A stretch of DNA of 39,699 nucleotides from Dongiaceae bacterium (GCA_041482855.1 JBGPEQ010000001.1:1-39699); one strand, 5' to 3'. Counted from the first letter of the stretch, positions 24,345 through 33,848 are shown. Notes: generated by a model not told the origin, from the letters alone. Numbers and translations: made by a program.

Positions 24345-25016
24345 TCAGGCCGACAGGATCGCCCGCACCGCGCTCGAGGCCGTGTGCACGCCGTTGCTGA
24401 GGACCAGCTCGGAGCCGTCGGTGGAGGTCTCGACCCGCTTCACCGTCGCCGTCACATAGGACGCGCTCGTCACCGGCTTGCCGTCGGCGTCGGCGGCGCC
24501 GAAGGTAAAGCTGTAGACGCCGTCCGGCAGGTCGTTGCCGCTGTTGTCGGTGCCGTTCCAGGTCAGGCTGTGCTCGCCGGCGCTGTTGTCGACGGCCATG
24601 GAGCGGACGATGTTGCCCGATGCGTCGCGGATGATGACACCGGCCTGGGTGGCGTCCTTGGCGAGCGAGTAGGTGAGGCTGGCGCTGCCGTTGCTCAGCT
24701 CGGTCGAGTCGCCGGCCACTTCGACCTTATGGCCGATGAGGCCGACGTCGGCCATCATTGAGTTGGCGCCCAGCGACTTGATGATCTGGTCGAGCTTCTG
24801 GTTGCCGACGATGGCCTGCTCGACCGAGGAGAACTGGCTGAGCTGGCTGACGAACTGGGTGGCGTCGAGCGGCGCCAGCGGGTCCTGGAACTTGAGCTGG
24901 GCGGTCAGCAGCGTCAGGAACGAGTTGTAGTCGACGGTCGCCTTGCTTGCGGCCGTGTTGGCGGTGCTGGCCGTGGCGCCGGGAAGTACGCTGCTGAGGG
25001 TCGAGGCGATGTCCAT
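24345..25016 (-). CDS. flgD: Hook capping/scaffold protein FlgD
   Basis: 223 aa. N-terminal block DYNSFLTLLTAQLKFQDPLAPLDATQFVSQLSQFSSVEQ, then a FlgD Ig-like C-terminal half (GEHSLTWNGTDNSGNDLPDGVYSFTF). Confidence 0.92.
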   Translation of the reverse strand: MDIASTLSSVLPGATASTANTAASKATVDYNSFLTLLTAQLKFQDPLAPLDATQFVSQLSQFSSVEQAIVGNQKLDQIIKSLGANSMMADVGLIGHKVEVAGDSTELSNGSASLTYSLAKDATQAGVIIRDASGNIVRSMAVDNSAGEHSLTWNGTDNSGNDLPDGVYSFTFGAADADGKPVTSASYVTATVKRVETSTDGSELVLSNGVHTASSAVRAILSA

Positions 25017-25031
25017 GGGGTCCGTCCTGTC

Positions 25032-26417
25032 CTACACTCGAATGCTGAGAATGCCGTCGCGGATAACCTGGCCGAGCGGCTCATCGCCCATCCCCAGTTC
25101 GCCGCCGTCGCCGAAGGCCGCATTGGCAGCGGCCCGATCGAAGCCCTCGCCATTGCTCTTGCCGTTGCCCTGCTGCTGACGCAGCGAGAACGAGAGGCTG
25201 CCGCTGTCGACGTTGACGCCGGCCTGGCCGAGGCTGCGCTCGAGCGCGGGGACCTCGCGCTGCAGGATCTGCAGCGTCTCCGGCCGGTCGACTGTGAACT
25301 GCGCCGTCAACTTGTCGCCCTGCCACTGCATCTTGACGTCGATCGAGCCCAGCTCGGCTGGATGGAGATGCATCTGGATGGCGCGCTTGCCGTCGGCCAC
25401 GGCGTGAAGCAGGCGGATCGAGACCTGATCGGCCGGCGTCGGCGCATCGGAACCCGGCCGCACCGCTTCGGCGACCTTGTGATAGATCTCCGCTGTGCGG
25501 CGCGGCGAATCGATGCTTGTCAAACTCGCGACCGCCTGATCGGCGCCGCTCTGGGCGTTCGCGCGGCCCTCGTGCGCATCGGCCGTCGCCGCTGCGTCCA
25601 GCGCGGCCGCGCTCGTATCGGCCTTGACGATGCGGAATTGCGGCTGGCCCTGATTGCCGTTGGCCGCCGCCGGCGTGTCGCCCTTGGTGCCGGTGGCCGG
25701 GAGACGGCCCGGCTGCGGCGCGGCAAGATCGGCCGCCGCCGCTTTGTCGGCCTGCGCGGCCTTGGCGGCCTTGGCCGTGGATGCGCTGGTTCCGGTCGCC
25801 ATGGCCGTCCGGCGCGTGCGCGTTTTGTCCACTGCCACGTCACCGAAGTCGATCGTGTCCGCTGCGGCTTCCGGGGCCGCGGGATCGGCAACTGGTTCGG
25901 TCGGCACGGCCGCGGGCTTCACGGTCGCCACCGGCGTTCCCGCCGCGACCGGGATGGCGGCCATGGTCGATATCGTGGGTGCTGCGTCCGTGGTCGCCGA
26001 CGCGGCCCCGTTCGAGACTGCTGGCAGGGTCGGTACGGTGGTCGGGACCGCGACGGCGGTCGGCGACGGTGTTGGAATGCTCGGGGCTTGCGCGGAGTCC
26101 GGCATCGGCGTTGCCGGCTCGGCGGGCGCGGCGGTCGGGTCTGCAGTCTGGGAGTCGGAGTCCGTCGCCTCATCCTGCGGGCGGAGCGAGTCGTCGGTCG
26201 TGCTGCAGCGCTCGCGCGGGCGCTGGTCCTGGGGCGCGGTGACCGGATCCTTGGCGGGATCCTGGCTGTGATCGCTTTGTGCGAAGCGGTCGAGCAACCG
26301 GCCGAAGGCGTGGCGCTGGGCGCTGCGCTCGCCGCCGTCCGCCGGGCGGTCGCGCGGCACGGGCGGGCGACCGTCGAACGACGGGAACGGGGGGCTGAGC
26401 GGCAGGGACTGCGACAA
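25032..26417 (-). CDS. fliK: Hook-length control protein FliK
   Basis: 461 aa. TTG start with GGGAGA 8 nt upstream. Long Pro/Ala/Thr-rich centre. C-terminal Flg_hook block IQMHLHPAELGSIDVKMQWQGDKLTAQFTVDRPETLQILQREVPALERSLGQAGV. Confidence 0.85.
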   Translation of the reverse strand: MSQSLPLSPPFPSFDGRPPVPRDRPADGGERSAQRHAFGRLLDRFAQSDHSQDPAKDPVTAPQDQRPRERCSTTDDSLRPQDEATDSDSQTADPTAAPAEPATPMPDSAQAPSIPTPSPTAVAVPTTVPTLPAVSNGAASATTDAAPTISTMAAIPVAAGTPVATVKPAAVPTEPVADPAAPEAAADTIDFGDVAVDKTRTRRTAMATGTSASTAKAAKAAQADKAAAADLAAPQPGRLPATGTKGDTPAAANGNQGQPQFRIVKADTSAAALDAAATADAHEGRANAQSGADQAVASLTSIDSPRRTAEIYHKVAEAVRPGSDAPTPADQVSIRLLHAVADGKRAIQMHLHPAELGSIDVKMQWQGDKLTAQFTVDRPETLQILQREVPALERSLGQAGVNVDSGSLSFSLRQQQGNGKSNGEGFDRAAANAAFGDGGELGMGDEPLGQVIRDGILSIRV

Positions 26418-26487
26418 GACCGGGTCTCCCGAAATGTCAGGCCAGCCTAGGGGAGGCCGGTTTCAGGGAGGTTGCGTTCTCGGATAG

Positions 26488-26503
26488 TTACCAGCCGGTT
26501 AAC
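26488..26503. promoter_or_regulatory. CtrA-box-like site upstream of fliK (TTAC-N7-TTAAC; reverse strand GTTAACCGGCTGGTAA)
   Basis: Located in the motB-fliK gap, 71 nt upstream of the fliK start. It has one mismatch to TTAA-N7-TTAAC. The reverse strand carries the same TTAACCGGC 9-mer as the sites at 9847 and 33470. Confidence 0.35.
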
Positions 26504-26516
26504 CAAACCTCAGGCT

Positions 26517-27521
26517 TCAGGGGGTTTCGGCAGGAGCGGGTGGAGCGTCCAGGCCGACCGGCGCGGCCGTCTGGTCTTCGACGGCGGCGGCCGCCGTGCC
26601 TGCGGTGGCGCTTCCGCCCGCCGCGTCCTCATGCAGCAGGATGACGCTGATCCGACGGTTGCGCGGATCGTCGGGATGGTCGGGAAACAGCGGGTCGCGG
26701 TCGGCGCGGCCGACCACGCCTTCGATACGAGCCTCGGTCAGGCCGGCCTCCAGCATGGTGCGGCGCGAAGCCAGCGCGCGCTCCGACGACAGGTTCCAGT
26801 TGTCGTAGCTCTTGCCGGGGGCATAGGCCAGGGAGTCGGTGTGTCCGCGGATCGACACCTTGTTGGGCAGGCCGGCGATGGCCTGGGCCACCAGCCCCAG
26901 CAGCTGGCGCGTGTAGTCGTACGGGTCGGCGCTGCCGAGCGCGAACATCGGCCGCTCGTCGCGGTCGACCAACTGGATGCGCAGGCCCTCCGGCGTCTCG
27001 TCGATGATCAGGTTATCGAGCAGGCCCTTGAGCTCGGGAATATCCGCCACCGATTTGCGCAGCTTCTCCGCCACCGCCTCGAACTGCTTCTGCTCGCGCT
27101 CCTTGATGGCCTTCGCGACGTCCTGATCGGTTATCTTGCCTCCGCCCGCCTTGCCGTCGCTATCGCTCGCCTTGCTCTTCGACGTATTGTCGTTGGGGGG
27201 CGCAAAAGTCAGCCGCGGATCGATCGCCGTGATCTGAGAACTAGGCGAGGTGAGCGGTCCGGGCGCGCTCACGGAGGTGCCGTCGAGCACGCCGCCGGAG
27301 CCGGCCGTGCGCTGCGACACCGTGATCGGATTGAAGTACTCGGCGATGCCGGTCTTCTGTTCCGGCGAGGTGACGTTGATGAGCCACATCAGCAGGAAGA
27401 ACGCCATCATCGCCGTCACGAAGTCGGCATAGGCGATCTTCCAGGCGCCGCCGTGGTGAGCGTCGTCGCCGCCGCGCCTCTTCTTCTTGCGGATGATCGG
27501 TTGGACGACATTGCGCGCCAT
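26517..27521 (-). CDS. motB: Flagellar stator protein MotB
   Basis: 334 aa. N-terminal WKIAYADFVTAMMAFFLLMWL with the conserved Asp. C-terminal OmpA-like PG-binding block SIRGHTDSLAY..NWNLSSERALASRRTM. Confidence 0.92.
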   Translation of the reverse strand: MARNVVQPIIRKKKRRGGDDAHHGGAWKIAYADFVTAMMAFFLLMWLINVTSPEQKTGIAEYFNPITVSQRTAGSGGVLDGTSVSAPGPLTSPSSQITAIDPRLTFAPPNDNTSKSKASDSDGKAGGGKITDQDVAKAIKEREQKQFEAVAEKLRKSVADIPELKGLLDNLIIDETPEGLRIQLVDRDERPMFALGSADPYDYTRQLLGLVAQAIAGLPNKVSIRGHTDSLAYAPGKSYDNWNLSSERALASRRTMLEAGLTEARIEGVVGRADRDPLFPDHPDDPRNRRISVILLHEDAAGGSATAGTAAAAVEDQTAAPVGLDAPPAPAETP

Positions 27522-27534
27522 GGACGGATCCGCG

Positions 27535-28425
27535 TCAGGCGGCCTTGGCGAGCGCCGGCACGGACTCCGCGGCTTCGGCTGTCGCCTTTTCGACGTCCTC
27601 GAACGACGGACGAACGTCGTGGGTCAGCACCTTGCGCGCGAACTCGACCGCCACCTGCGGCGCACAGCCGTTGAGGTAGGCGAGGAGGCCCTGGCGCATG
27701 CATTCGAAGTATTTGACCTCGGCCTCCGATGCGGCCTTCACGGCGGAAGCGATCGGCGCGATGAAACCATAGGACAGCAGCACGCCGAGGAAGGTGCCGA
27801 CGAGCGCGCCGCCGATCAGGTGTCCCAGCACCTCCGGCGGCTCCTTGATCGAGCCCATGGTGTGGATGACGCCGAGCACGGCGGCGACGATGCCGAGCGC
27901 CGGCGTCGCGTCGGCGACGTTCTGGATCGCGTGCGGCACATGCGCCTTCTCCTTGCGCAGGGTGTCGATCTCCTCGTCCATGAGAGCGTCGATCTCGAAC
28001 GGGTTCTTGGAGCCTAGGGTCACCAGCCGCATGTAATCGCAGACGAAATGGACCGCCTCGTGGTTCTTGAGGAAGCGCGGGAAATGCATGAAAAGGGCGC
28101 TCTCCTCCGGGTGCTCGATATGAGCCTCGATCGCCAGTTCGCCCTTGGTCTTGATCAGGCGGAACAGCGAATAGAGCGCCGACAGCAGCTCCAGGTAGTC
28201 CTGCTCCTTGTACTTCTTGCCGGCCATCAGGATCTTGAGACAGCCGAAGCTCTCCTTCAGCACGTGTGTCTGGGTCGAGTTGGAGGCGATGAAGGCGCCG
28301 AGCGCGGCGCCGATGATGATGATGAACTCAAACGGCTGGAACAGGACGATGAGTTCGCCACCGCCTGCGACGTAGCCACCGATGACAGCGGCGAGAATGA
28401 TGCCGAACCCGACGAGGACCAACAT
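27535..28425 (-). CDS. motA: Flagellar stator protein MotA
   Basis: 296 aa. Two N-terminal TM, a cytoplasmic loop (KTKGELAIEAHIEHPEESALF), and C-terminal TM3/4 (ALGIVAAVLGVIHTM..LIGGALVGTFLGVLLSYGF). Confidence 0.92.
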   Translation of the reverse strand: MLVLVGFGIILAAVIGGYVAGGGELIVLFQPFEFIIIIGAALGAFIASNSTQTHVLKESFGCLKILMAGKKYKEQDYLELLSALYSLFRLIKTKGELAIEAHIEHPEESALFMHFPRFLKNHEAVHFVCDYMRLVTLGSKNPFEIDALMDEEIDTLRKEKAHVPHAIQNVADATPALGIVAAVLGVIHTMGSIKEPPEVLGHLIGGALVGTFLGVLLSYGFIAPIASAVKAASEAEVKYFECMRQGLLAYLNGCAPQVAVEFARKVLTHDVRPSFEDVEKATAEAAESVPALAKAA

Positions 28426-28515
28426 TGCTAAAATCCCGGATAACAGTCTGTCCGCGATCGTAGAGCCGGGATGTAAAGCCCGCCTTACCGATGATCTTCA
28501 CCGTGACGATTCGGC

Positions 28516-29589
28516 TCAGGCGCGCGCCCGCCTGAGCGTGAACACGTAGCTGATGATCTCGGCCACCGCGCGGTAATGCTCGGGCGGAACGCCCTGGTCG
28601 ATTTCCACGCTCTTGAAGAGCGCGCGCGCCAGCGCCTTGTTCTCCACCACCGGCACCCCGTTCTCGGCCGCTACCTCGCGGATACGCTGGGCGATCCGGT
28701 CCTGGCCTTTGGCGACGCATTGCGGCGCCTTCATGGTGGCGCGGTCGTAGCGCAGGGCGACCGCGAAGTGGGTCGGGTTGGTGATGACCACGGTGGCCGC
28801 CGGCACGGCCGCCATCATGCGGCGGCGGGCGCGCTGGCGGCGCAGCATCTTGATGCGGCCCTTGATCTCCGGATTGCCCTCGAGCTGCTTGTGCTCGTCG
28901 CGCAGGTCTTGCCGGCTCATATAGAGGCGGCGCCACCAGGAGAAGCGCTGCCAGCCGGCATCGAGCACCGCGATCACGAACATGGCGCCTGCGACGTAGA
29001 TCAGCAGGTTGAGCAGCACGCCGCCGATCACCTTCGCCGAGGCCGTCGGTTCGGTCAGCGGCATCATGTCGAGGCCATTGAGGCTGGGACGCACGGCGTA
29101 CCAGCCGGCGATCACGATGATCGCGATCTTAAGCGTCCCCTTTACGAGTTCCACCAGCGTCTGCAGCGAGAACATCCGCTTCAGCCCGGCCGCCGGCGAC
29201 ACACGTTCCAGCTTCGGCAGCAGCCGCTCAGCCGAGATGACGAGGCCGTTCTGGCCGACCGTGCCGATCACGGCCGCCAGCACCAGCACCGCCAGGATCG
29301 GGGCCGTCACCCAGCCGACGCGCGCGAGCACGTCGCCGAGCAAACGCGCGAGATCGCGGCTGTTGTCGAAGCTGACGGCGTCGGCGTTGCCGAGCAGCGG
29401 ATGCAGCGTCTTCGCGAAATCGCTCGTCAGCGTGCCGCCGACGGCGACCAGCAGGATCGTCAGCAGGCCCAGCACCATCGTCGCTGTGACGTCGCGCGAT
29501 ATCGGCAGGTTGCCCTTGCGCCGCGCTTCCTCCAGGCGGCGCTGGGTCGGTTTCTCGGTCTGCTGGTCCTTGTCCTGATGTTCGGCCAT
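28516..29589 (-). CDS. flhB: Flagellar export switch protein FlhB
   Basis: 357 aa. N-terminus EKPTQRRLEEARRKGNLPISRDV. NPTH autocleavage site (VVITNPTHFAVALRY). Confidence 0.95.
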   Translation of the reverse strand: MAEHQDKDQQTEKPTQRRLEEARRKGNLPISRDVTATMVLGLLTILLVAVGGTLTSDFAKTLHPLLGNADAVSFDNSRDLARLLGDVLARVGWVTAPILAVLVLAAVIGTVGQNGLVISAERLLPKLERVSPAAGLKRMFSLQTLVELVKGTLKIAIIVIAGWYAVRPSLNGLDMMPLTEPTASAKVIGGVLLNLLIYVAGAMFVIAVLDAGWQRFSWWRRLYMSRQDLRDEHKQLEGNPEIKGRIKMLRRQRARRRMMAAVPAATVVITNPTHFAVALRYDRATMKAPQCVAKGQDRIAQRIREVAAENGVPVVENKALARALFKSVEIDQGVPPEHYRAVAEIISYVFTLRRARA

Positions 29590-29594
29590 GGGCG

Positions 29595-30362
29595 TCAGGG
29601 CAGGGCGGCGGTGAACAACGCTTCGAAGGCCTCGGCGAAGCCGATGAGGATGGCGGGGATCGCGATCATCAGTACGATCAGCCCGCCCGTCAGCGACGCC
29701 GGCAGGCCGACGAAGAAGACGGGCAACTGCGGCAGGGCGCGGTTGGCGAGCGCCAGCCCGATGTTGAAGGCCAGGCCGAGGACGAGAAAGGGCGTCGACA
29801 GCTGGATGGCCGTCGAAAACGCGGCCGACAATGTTGTCGTCAAGGTATCCGCCATGTCCTGCAACGCCGGCAGTTGCGCCGCCGGCAGGCCGTCATAGCT
29901 ATGGGCGAGGGCCGACAGCATGAGATGGTCGAGGCCGGTGGTGAATATGATGACCAGGCCCGCCGCCATCAGGCCGGCACCGATAGTGACGCCCGACTCC
30001 GTGGAGAACAGCTCGCCTGTCAGGGCGTTGCCGAGGCCGACCTGCGCGGCGATCACGGCGCCCGCCATGTGCAGGATCGACATCAACAGGGCGGCGGTGG
30101 TGCCGATGAAGAGGCCGATGCCGGCCTCGGTGATCACCTGCAATGCCATCTGGCCGAACTGCGGCGGTGTCGCCGGCAACGCATGGGCCACCGTCCCCAG
30201 CGTGAGAGCCGACAAGGCCAATCCAAACAGCAGCCGCACGCGCATGGGCACGCGCATGTCGCCGATGCCCGGCAGCAGCATGATGGCGCTGCCGATGCGC
30301 GCGAAGACCAGCAGGAAATGATAGGTCAGGCTGTCGAACAGCGGGGCGAGATCGAGCGTCAT
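29595..30362 (-). CDS. fliR: Flagellar export gate protein FliR
   Basis: 255 aa polytopic membrane protein (FLLVFARIGSAIMLLPGIG..ALPQLPVFFVGLP). Sits between flhA and flhB. Confidence 0.9.
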   Translation of the reverse strand: MTLDLAPLFDSLTYHFLLVFARIGSAIMLLPGIGDMRVPMRVRLLFGLALSALTLGTVAHALPATPPQFGQMALQVITEAGIGLFIGTTAALLMSILHMAGAVIAAQVGLGNALTGELFSTESGVTIGAGLMAAGLVIIFTTGLDHLMLSALAHSYDGLPAAQLPALQDMADTLTTTLSAAFSTAIQLSTPFLVLGLAFNIGLALANRALPQLPVFFVGLPASLTGGLIVLMIAIPAILIGFAEAFEALFTAALP

Positions 30363-30410
30363 ACCCGTGACCGTTCTCTGCGCGCTGCGAGCCGTCGCCG
30401 CGGCTGCATG

Positions 30411-32540
30411 CTAGGCGGCCTGCTGCAGATCGTACGTGACTTCCGCCAGCGTGCGGATGCGCGCCTTCGGGTGAATCTCGTCGTGGCTGATGATGGGCGT
30501 CTTGGTGCTGAACCGGGCGACGATCGAGCGCACCAGCGGCCGCACCTCGGCGCCGACCAGCAGGGCCGGCGAGCGGCCGACCTGGGCCTGTGTCTGCAGC
30601 GTGGTGCGGATGGCGCCGATGAAGCGCTGGATCTCGCCGGGCGCCATCGCCAGCTGGCGGCTGTCGCCCTCGACGACGATCGATTCGGTGAGCACCCGCT
30701 GCCACTGCGGCGACAGCGTGACGATGTCGAGATAGCCATCGTCGGCGGCGAGCGACTGGCAGATCTGACGGGCGAGGCGGATGCGCACGCGGGCGGCCAG
30801 CGCCAGCGGATCGCGCGTGAACGCCGCCGCTTCGGCGAGCGCATCGAGGATGACCGGCAGATCGCGGATCGAGACCTGCTCGGCCAGCAGCGACTGCAGC
30901 ACGCGCTGCACGATGCTCATGGACAGCAGGTTGGGCACGAGGTCGCCGACCAGCTTCTGGTGCTCGCCGCCGATCTCGCCGAGCAGCTTCTGCGTCGCCG
31001 CGTAGTCGAGCAGCTCCGCCATGTTCTCCTTGACCACCTCGGTAAGATGGACGGTGATGACGGTGGCGTTGTCGACGACGGCATAGCCGCGGATCTCCGC
31101 CTGCTCGCGCAGGCTGGCATCGATCCAGCGCGCGGGCAGGCCGAAGGCGGGTTCGCGCGTGTCTTCGCCGGGAATGTCGAGCGGCGCGCCGCTCGGGTTC
31201 ATGACGAGGAAGCGGGCCGGCATGAGGTCGCCGCGGGCGACCTCGATGTTGCGCAGGAACAGGACGTAGGTGTTGGGCGACAGCGCGGGGTTGGGGCGGA
31301 TCTCGACCGTCGGCAGCACGAAGCCGTAGCGGCGGGCGAGCTGGCGGCGCAGCTCCATGACGCGATGGCTGAGGCTGTCGGTGCCGGCCATGACTGCTGA
31401 CGACACGCCGATACCGAGCTCGAGGCGCACCGGATCGAAGCGTAGGTCGGCGGCCAGCTGTTGTGCCGGCGTTCCGACCTTGTCCTTATCCTGGCGCTCG
31501 CTCGCCTCGCGGGTACGCGTTTCCTCGGCGGCGCGCATCTTTGGCAGCTTCCAGGCCGCCCAGCCCATGAGCGCGGCCAGGCCGAAGAATGGCAGCAACG
31601 GCATCCCCGGAGTCAGGCCGAGGCCGAACAGCAGGGCCGCCACCGTCGCCAGCGCCTTGGGCGAGGCGCTCAACTGGGCGGCGAGCGCTTCGCCCGCGGG
31701 CGCGCCGACCCCGGCCTTCGAGACCAGCATGCCCGCGCCGAGGGAGACGAGGATCGAGGGGATCGCCGCCACCAGGCCGTCGCCGACGGTGAGGATCGTG
31801 TAGGTCTGCGCCGCATCGGTGAAGGACATGCCGTGCTGCAGGACGCCGATGATGAGACCGCCGACGATGTTGATGATCACGATCAACATGCCGGCGATGG
31901 CGTCGCCCTTCACGAACTTGGAGGCGCCGTCCATGGCGCCGTAGAAGGAGCTTTCGTCCTCGAGGTCCTTGCGGCGCCGGCGTGCCTCGGACTCGTCGAT
32001 GAGACCGGCCGAAAGGTCGGCGTCGATGGCCATCTGCTTGCCGGGCATGGCATCGAGGCTAAAGCGGGCGCCGACTTCGGCGATGCGGCCGGAGCCCTTG
32101 TTGACGACCACCAGGCTCACGATGGCCAGGATGATGAAGACGACAATGCCGATGACGAAGTTGCCGCCCATGACGAGCGTGCCGAACGCCTCGATGATGT
32201 CGCCGGCGGCATGGGTGCCGGCGTGGCCGTTGGTCAGGATGAGGCGCGTCGACGACATGTTCAGGGTCAGCCGAATCATGGTCGAGACCAGCAGCACCGT
32301 CGGGAACGAGCTGAAGTCGAGCGCCCGCCGGGTCATGATCGCGACCAGCAGGATCAGGGTGGACAGGGTGATGGAGATCGCCAGACCGACGTCGAGCAGG
32401 AAGCTCGGGATCGGAATCACCAGCACGCTGATGACGACCATGATGAAGATGGCGAACAGCAGGTCGCGCTGCCGGAGCAAGTCCGACAGCCAACGCAACG
32501 CCGGGCCCGAGGGCCTTACTCCAGATGCAGCCGTCGCCAT
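30411..32540 (-). CDS. flhA: Flagellar export gate protein FlhA
   Basis: 709 aa. N-terminal membrane domain (FPTVLLVSTMIRLTLNMSSTRLIL, GNFVIGIVVFIILAIVSLVVVNKGSGRIAEVGARFSLDAMPGKQMAIDADL) and a large cytoplasmic C-terminal domain. Confidence 0.96.
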   Translation of the reverse strand: MATAASGVRPSGPALRWLSDLLRQRDLLFAIFIMVVISVLVIPIPSFLLDVGLAISITLSTLILLVAIMTRRALDFSSFPTVLLVSTMIRLTLNMSSTRLILTNGHAGTHAAGDIIEAFGTLVMGGNFVIGIVVFIILAIVSLVVVNKGSGRIAEVGARFSLDAMPGKQMAIDADLSAGLIDESEARRRRKDLEDESSFYGAMDGASKFVKGDAIAGMLIVIINIVGGLIIGVLQHGMSFTDAAQTYTILTVGDGLVAAIPSILVSLGAGMLVSKAGVGAPAGEALAAQLSASPKALATVAALLFGLGLTPGMPLLPFFGLAALMGWAAWKLPKMRAAEETRTREASERQDKDKVGTPAQQLAADLRFDPVRLELGIGVSSAVMAGTDSLSHRVMELRRQLARRYGFVLPTVEIRPNPALSPNTYVLFLRNIEVARGDLMPARFLVMNPSGAPLDIPGEDTREPAFGLPARWIDASLREQAEIRGYAVVDNATVITVHLTEVVKENMAELLDYAATQKLLGEIGGEHQKLVGDLVPNLLSMSIVQRVLQSLLAEQVSIRDLPVILDALAEAAAFTRDPLALAARVRIRLARQICQSLAADDGYLDIVTLSPQWQRVLTESIVVEGDSRQLAMAPGEIQRFIGAIRTTLQTQAQVGRSPALLVGAEVRPLVRSIVARFSTKTPIISHDEIHPKARIRTLAEVTYDLQQAA

Positions 32541-32626
32541 GGCCGATTCGCCACCGGACGCAATTGAGCCGAATTCTGCATGAGGTTCTAAGGGCCGGAC
32601 GTTGCGTCAGCGTTACCGCTGGCCGG

Positions 32627-33262
32627 TCAGAGGCTCCAGCCCCGTTCCATCGCCATGCGCACAGCCTGGGTGCGGCTGGTCACGCCGAGCTTGCGGTAGA
32701 TCGAGCGCAGGTGCAGGGCCACGGTCACGACCTCGATACCGAGGCGGTGGCCGATCTCCTTGTTGGATAGCCCCTGTACGAGCAGGCCGATGACCTCGCG
32801 CTCGCGCTGGGTGAGGGACCCCGGGCCGGGCCCACCGCCCGCGCTCTCCTCCGCAGAAGTGGGCTGCCCCGCCACCATGATGTCCGGGATGTAGCGCTCG
32901 CCCGCCAGAATGAGGCGGAGGGCGCTCACCATGGCCGTGCCGCGCATGGTTTTCGGCAGGAAGCCGGCGGCGCCGGCCTGCAGGGCATTGCGGATGGTGT
33001 CGGGATTGGTCTCGCCCGAAAGAATGACGATGGGAACGTTGGCCCGGGCCGCCTGCACGGACTTGAGGCCGGCGAGACCATTCATCCCGGGCATGTGCAG
33101 ATCGAGCAGGACGAGATCGAGGGCGTCGGCCTTGCGGACGAGATCGAGGGCCTGCGACAGGTTGGCCGCATGGAGGACGTGCAGGTCCTTGTCCAGCCGT
33201 TTCAGGAATTCCTCGATGGTGTCGCGGATCAAGTCGTGATCATCGGCGAGGAGAATGCGCAT
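32627..33262 (-). CDS. NarL/FixJ(LuxR)-family response regulator
   Basis: I prefer ATG 33262 (MRILLADDHD); the track uses GTG 33271. Canonical receiver (DLVLLDLHMPG, IVILSG, FLPK) plus a GerE HTH (LTQREREVIGLLVQGLSNKEIGHRLGIEVVTVALHLRSIYRKLGV). Confidence 0.9.
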   Translation of the reverse strand: MRILLADDHDLIRDTIEEFLKRLDKDLHVLHAANLSQALDLVRKADALDLVLLDLHMPGMNGLAGLKSVQAARANVPIVILSGETNPDTIRNALQAGAAGFLPKTMRGTAMVSALRLILAGERYIPDIMVAGQPTSAEESAGGGPGPGSLTQREREVIGLLVQGLSNKEIGHRLGIEVVTVALHLRSIYRKLGVTSRTQAVRMAMERGWSL

Positions 33263-33469
33263 AGCGGTCACCCAACGCGGCAGCTGATTTGAAGGGACAT
33301 TCGGCGATCTTGCAACGGCGTCGCTCTCAAAAAGACTTCGTCATGTACTGCTCTGGCAGCCTGCAAATGAAACTCTTAGAAAACTGACATGCAATCGGCT
33401 ACTATATATAAATTTATGTAGTACCTATACGAATCTATTACTTGAATACACCAAGTAACATTGGCCGCA

Positions 33470-33484
33470 TTAACCGGCATTTAA
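33470..33484. promoter_or_regulatory. CtrA-box-like site TTAACCGGCATTTAA (TTAA-N7-TTAA)
   Basis: Exact TTAA-N7-TTAA inside the 35% GC tract. It lies 117 nt upstream of ORF 33601 and about 208 nt upstream of the divergent response-regulator start (33262). It differs from the flagellin-upstream site (9847-9861) at one position over the 15-nt core. Confidence 0.4.
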
Positions 33485-33600
33485 GCGATTTCGCTGATAA
33501 CGTTCATATTCATTACTGGCCGATCTCACGACCATGGCCTGCAAGAACCGCAGGCGGAGCGTCGGCCGGTAGGACACCTCGGAAAATCCAGAGGTAACGC

Positions 33601-33816
33601 ATGGATGGATACGATCATAGCAATTCCGGACCGCCGGCGGCGGATCCGGGACAATCCGTGGACGGCGAGCGGCGATCGCCGCAGGCGGCAACGGCCAGCG
33701 TGCCGTCCGCCCTGTGCATCGACGACACGGCATTTCACGAACCGAACAACGGGCAGGGCGACGGGAAATCCCGGCGCGCCGCCCCCTGGCCGTTCCTGAT
33801 TCGACGGCTGGGCTGA
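33601..33816 (+). CDS. Possible small ORF (71 aa), no similarity recognised
   Basis: ATG with GAGGT 5 nt upstream. Third-position G/C is high in this frame, whereas the overlapping frames give Arg-rich junk. MDGYDHSNSGPPAADPGQSVDGERRSPQAATASVPSALCIDDTAFHEPNNGQGDGKSRRAAPWPFLIRRLG. It could equally be a 5' leader. Confidence 0.3.
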   Translation: MDGYDHSNSGPPAADPGQSVDGERRSPQAATASVPSALCIDDTAFHEPNNGQGDGKSRRAAPWPFLIRRLG

Positions 33817-33848
33817 ACACACGAAGTTTGAAAACCACGGAGAACCCG

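Noticed and set aside
25362-27674. 362-aa and 400-aa plus-strand ORFs antisense to fliK and motB
   Set aside because: Their composition is extremely Arg/Gly-rich, typical of the reverse frame of Pro/Ala-rich genes. No motifs are present.
28576-32567. Plus-strand ORFs of 440, 508 and 368 aa antisense to flhB, fliR and flhA
   Set aside because: They are Arg/His/Asp/Gly-rich mirror frames of membrane-protein genes. The real genes on the minus strand have textbook motifs such as NPTH and the FlhA N-terminal domain.
33439-33452. Possible terminal inverted repeats framing the cassette (TACTTGAATACACC at 33439-33452 vs GGTGTATTGTAAGT at 34950-34963)
   Set aside because: Only GGTGTATT (8 nt) matches as a reverse complement, and the rest diverges. 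That is too short to claim transposon-like ends, and there is no transposase.
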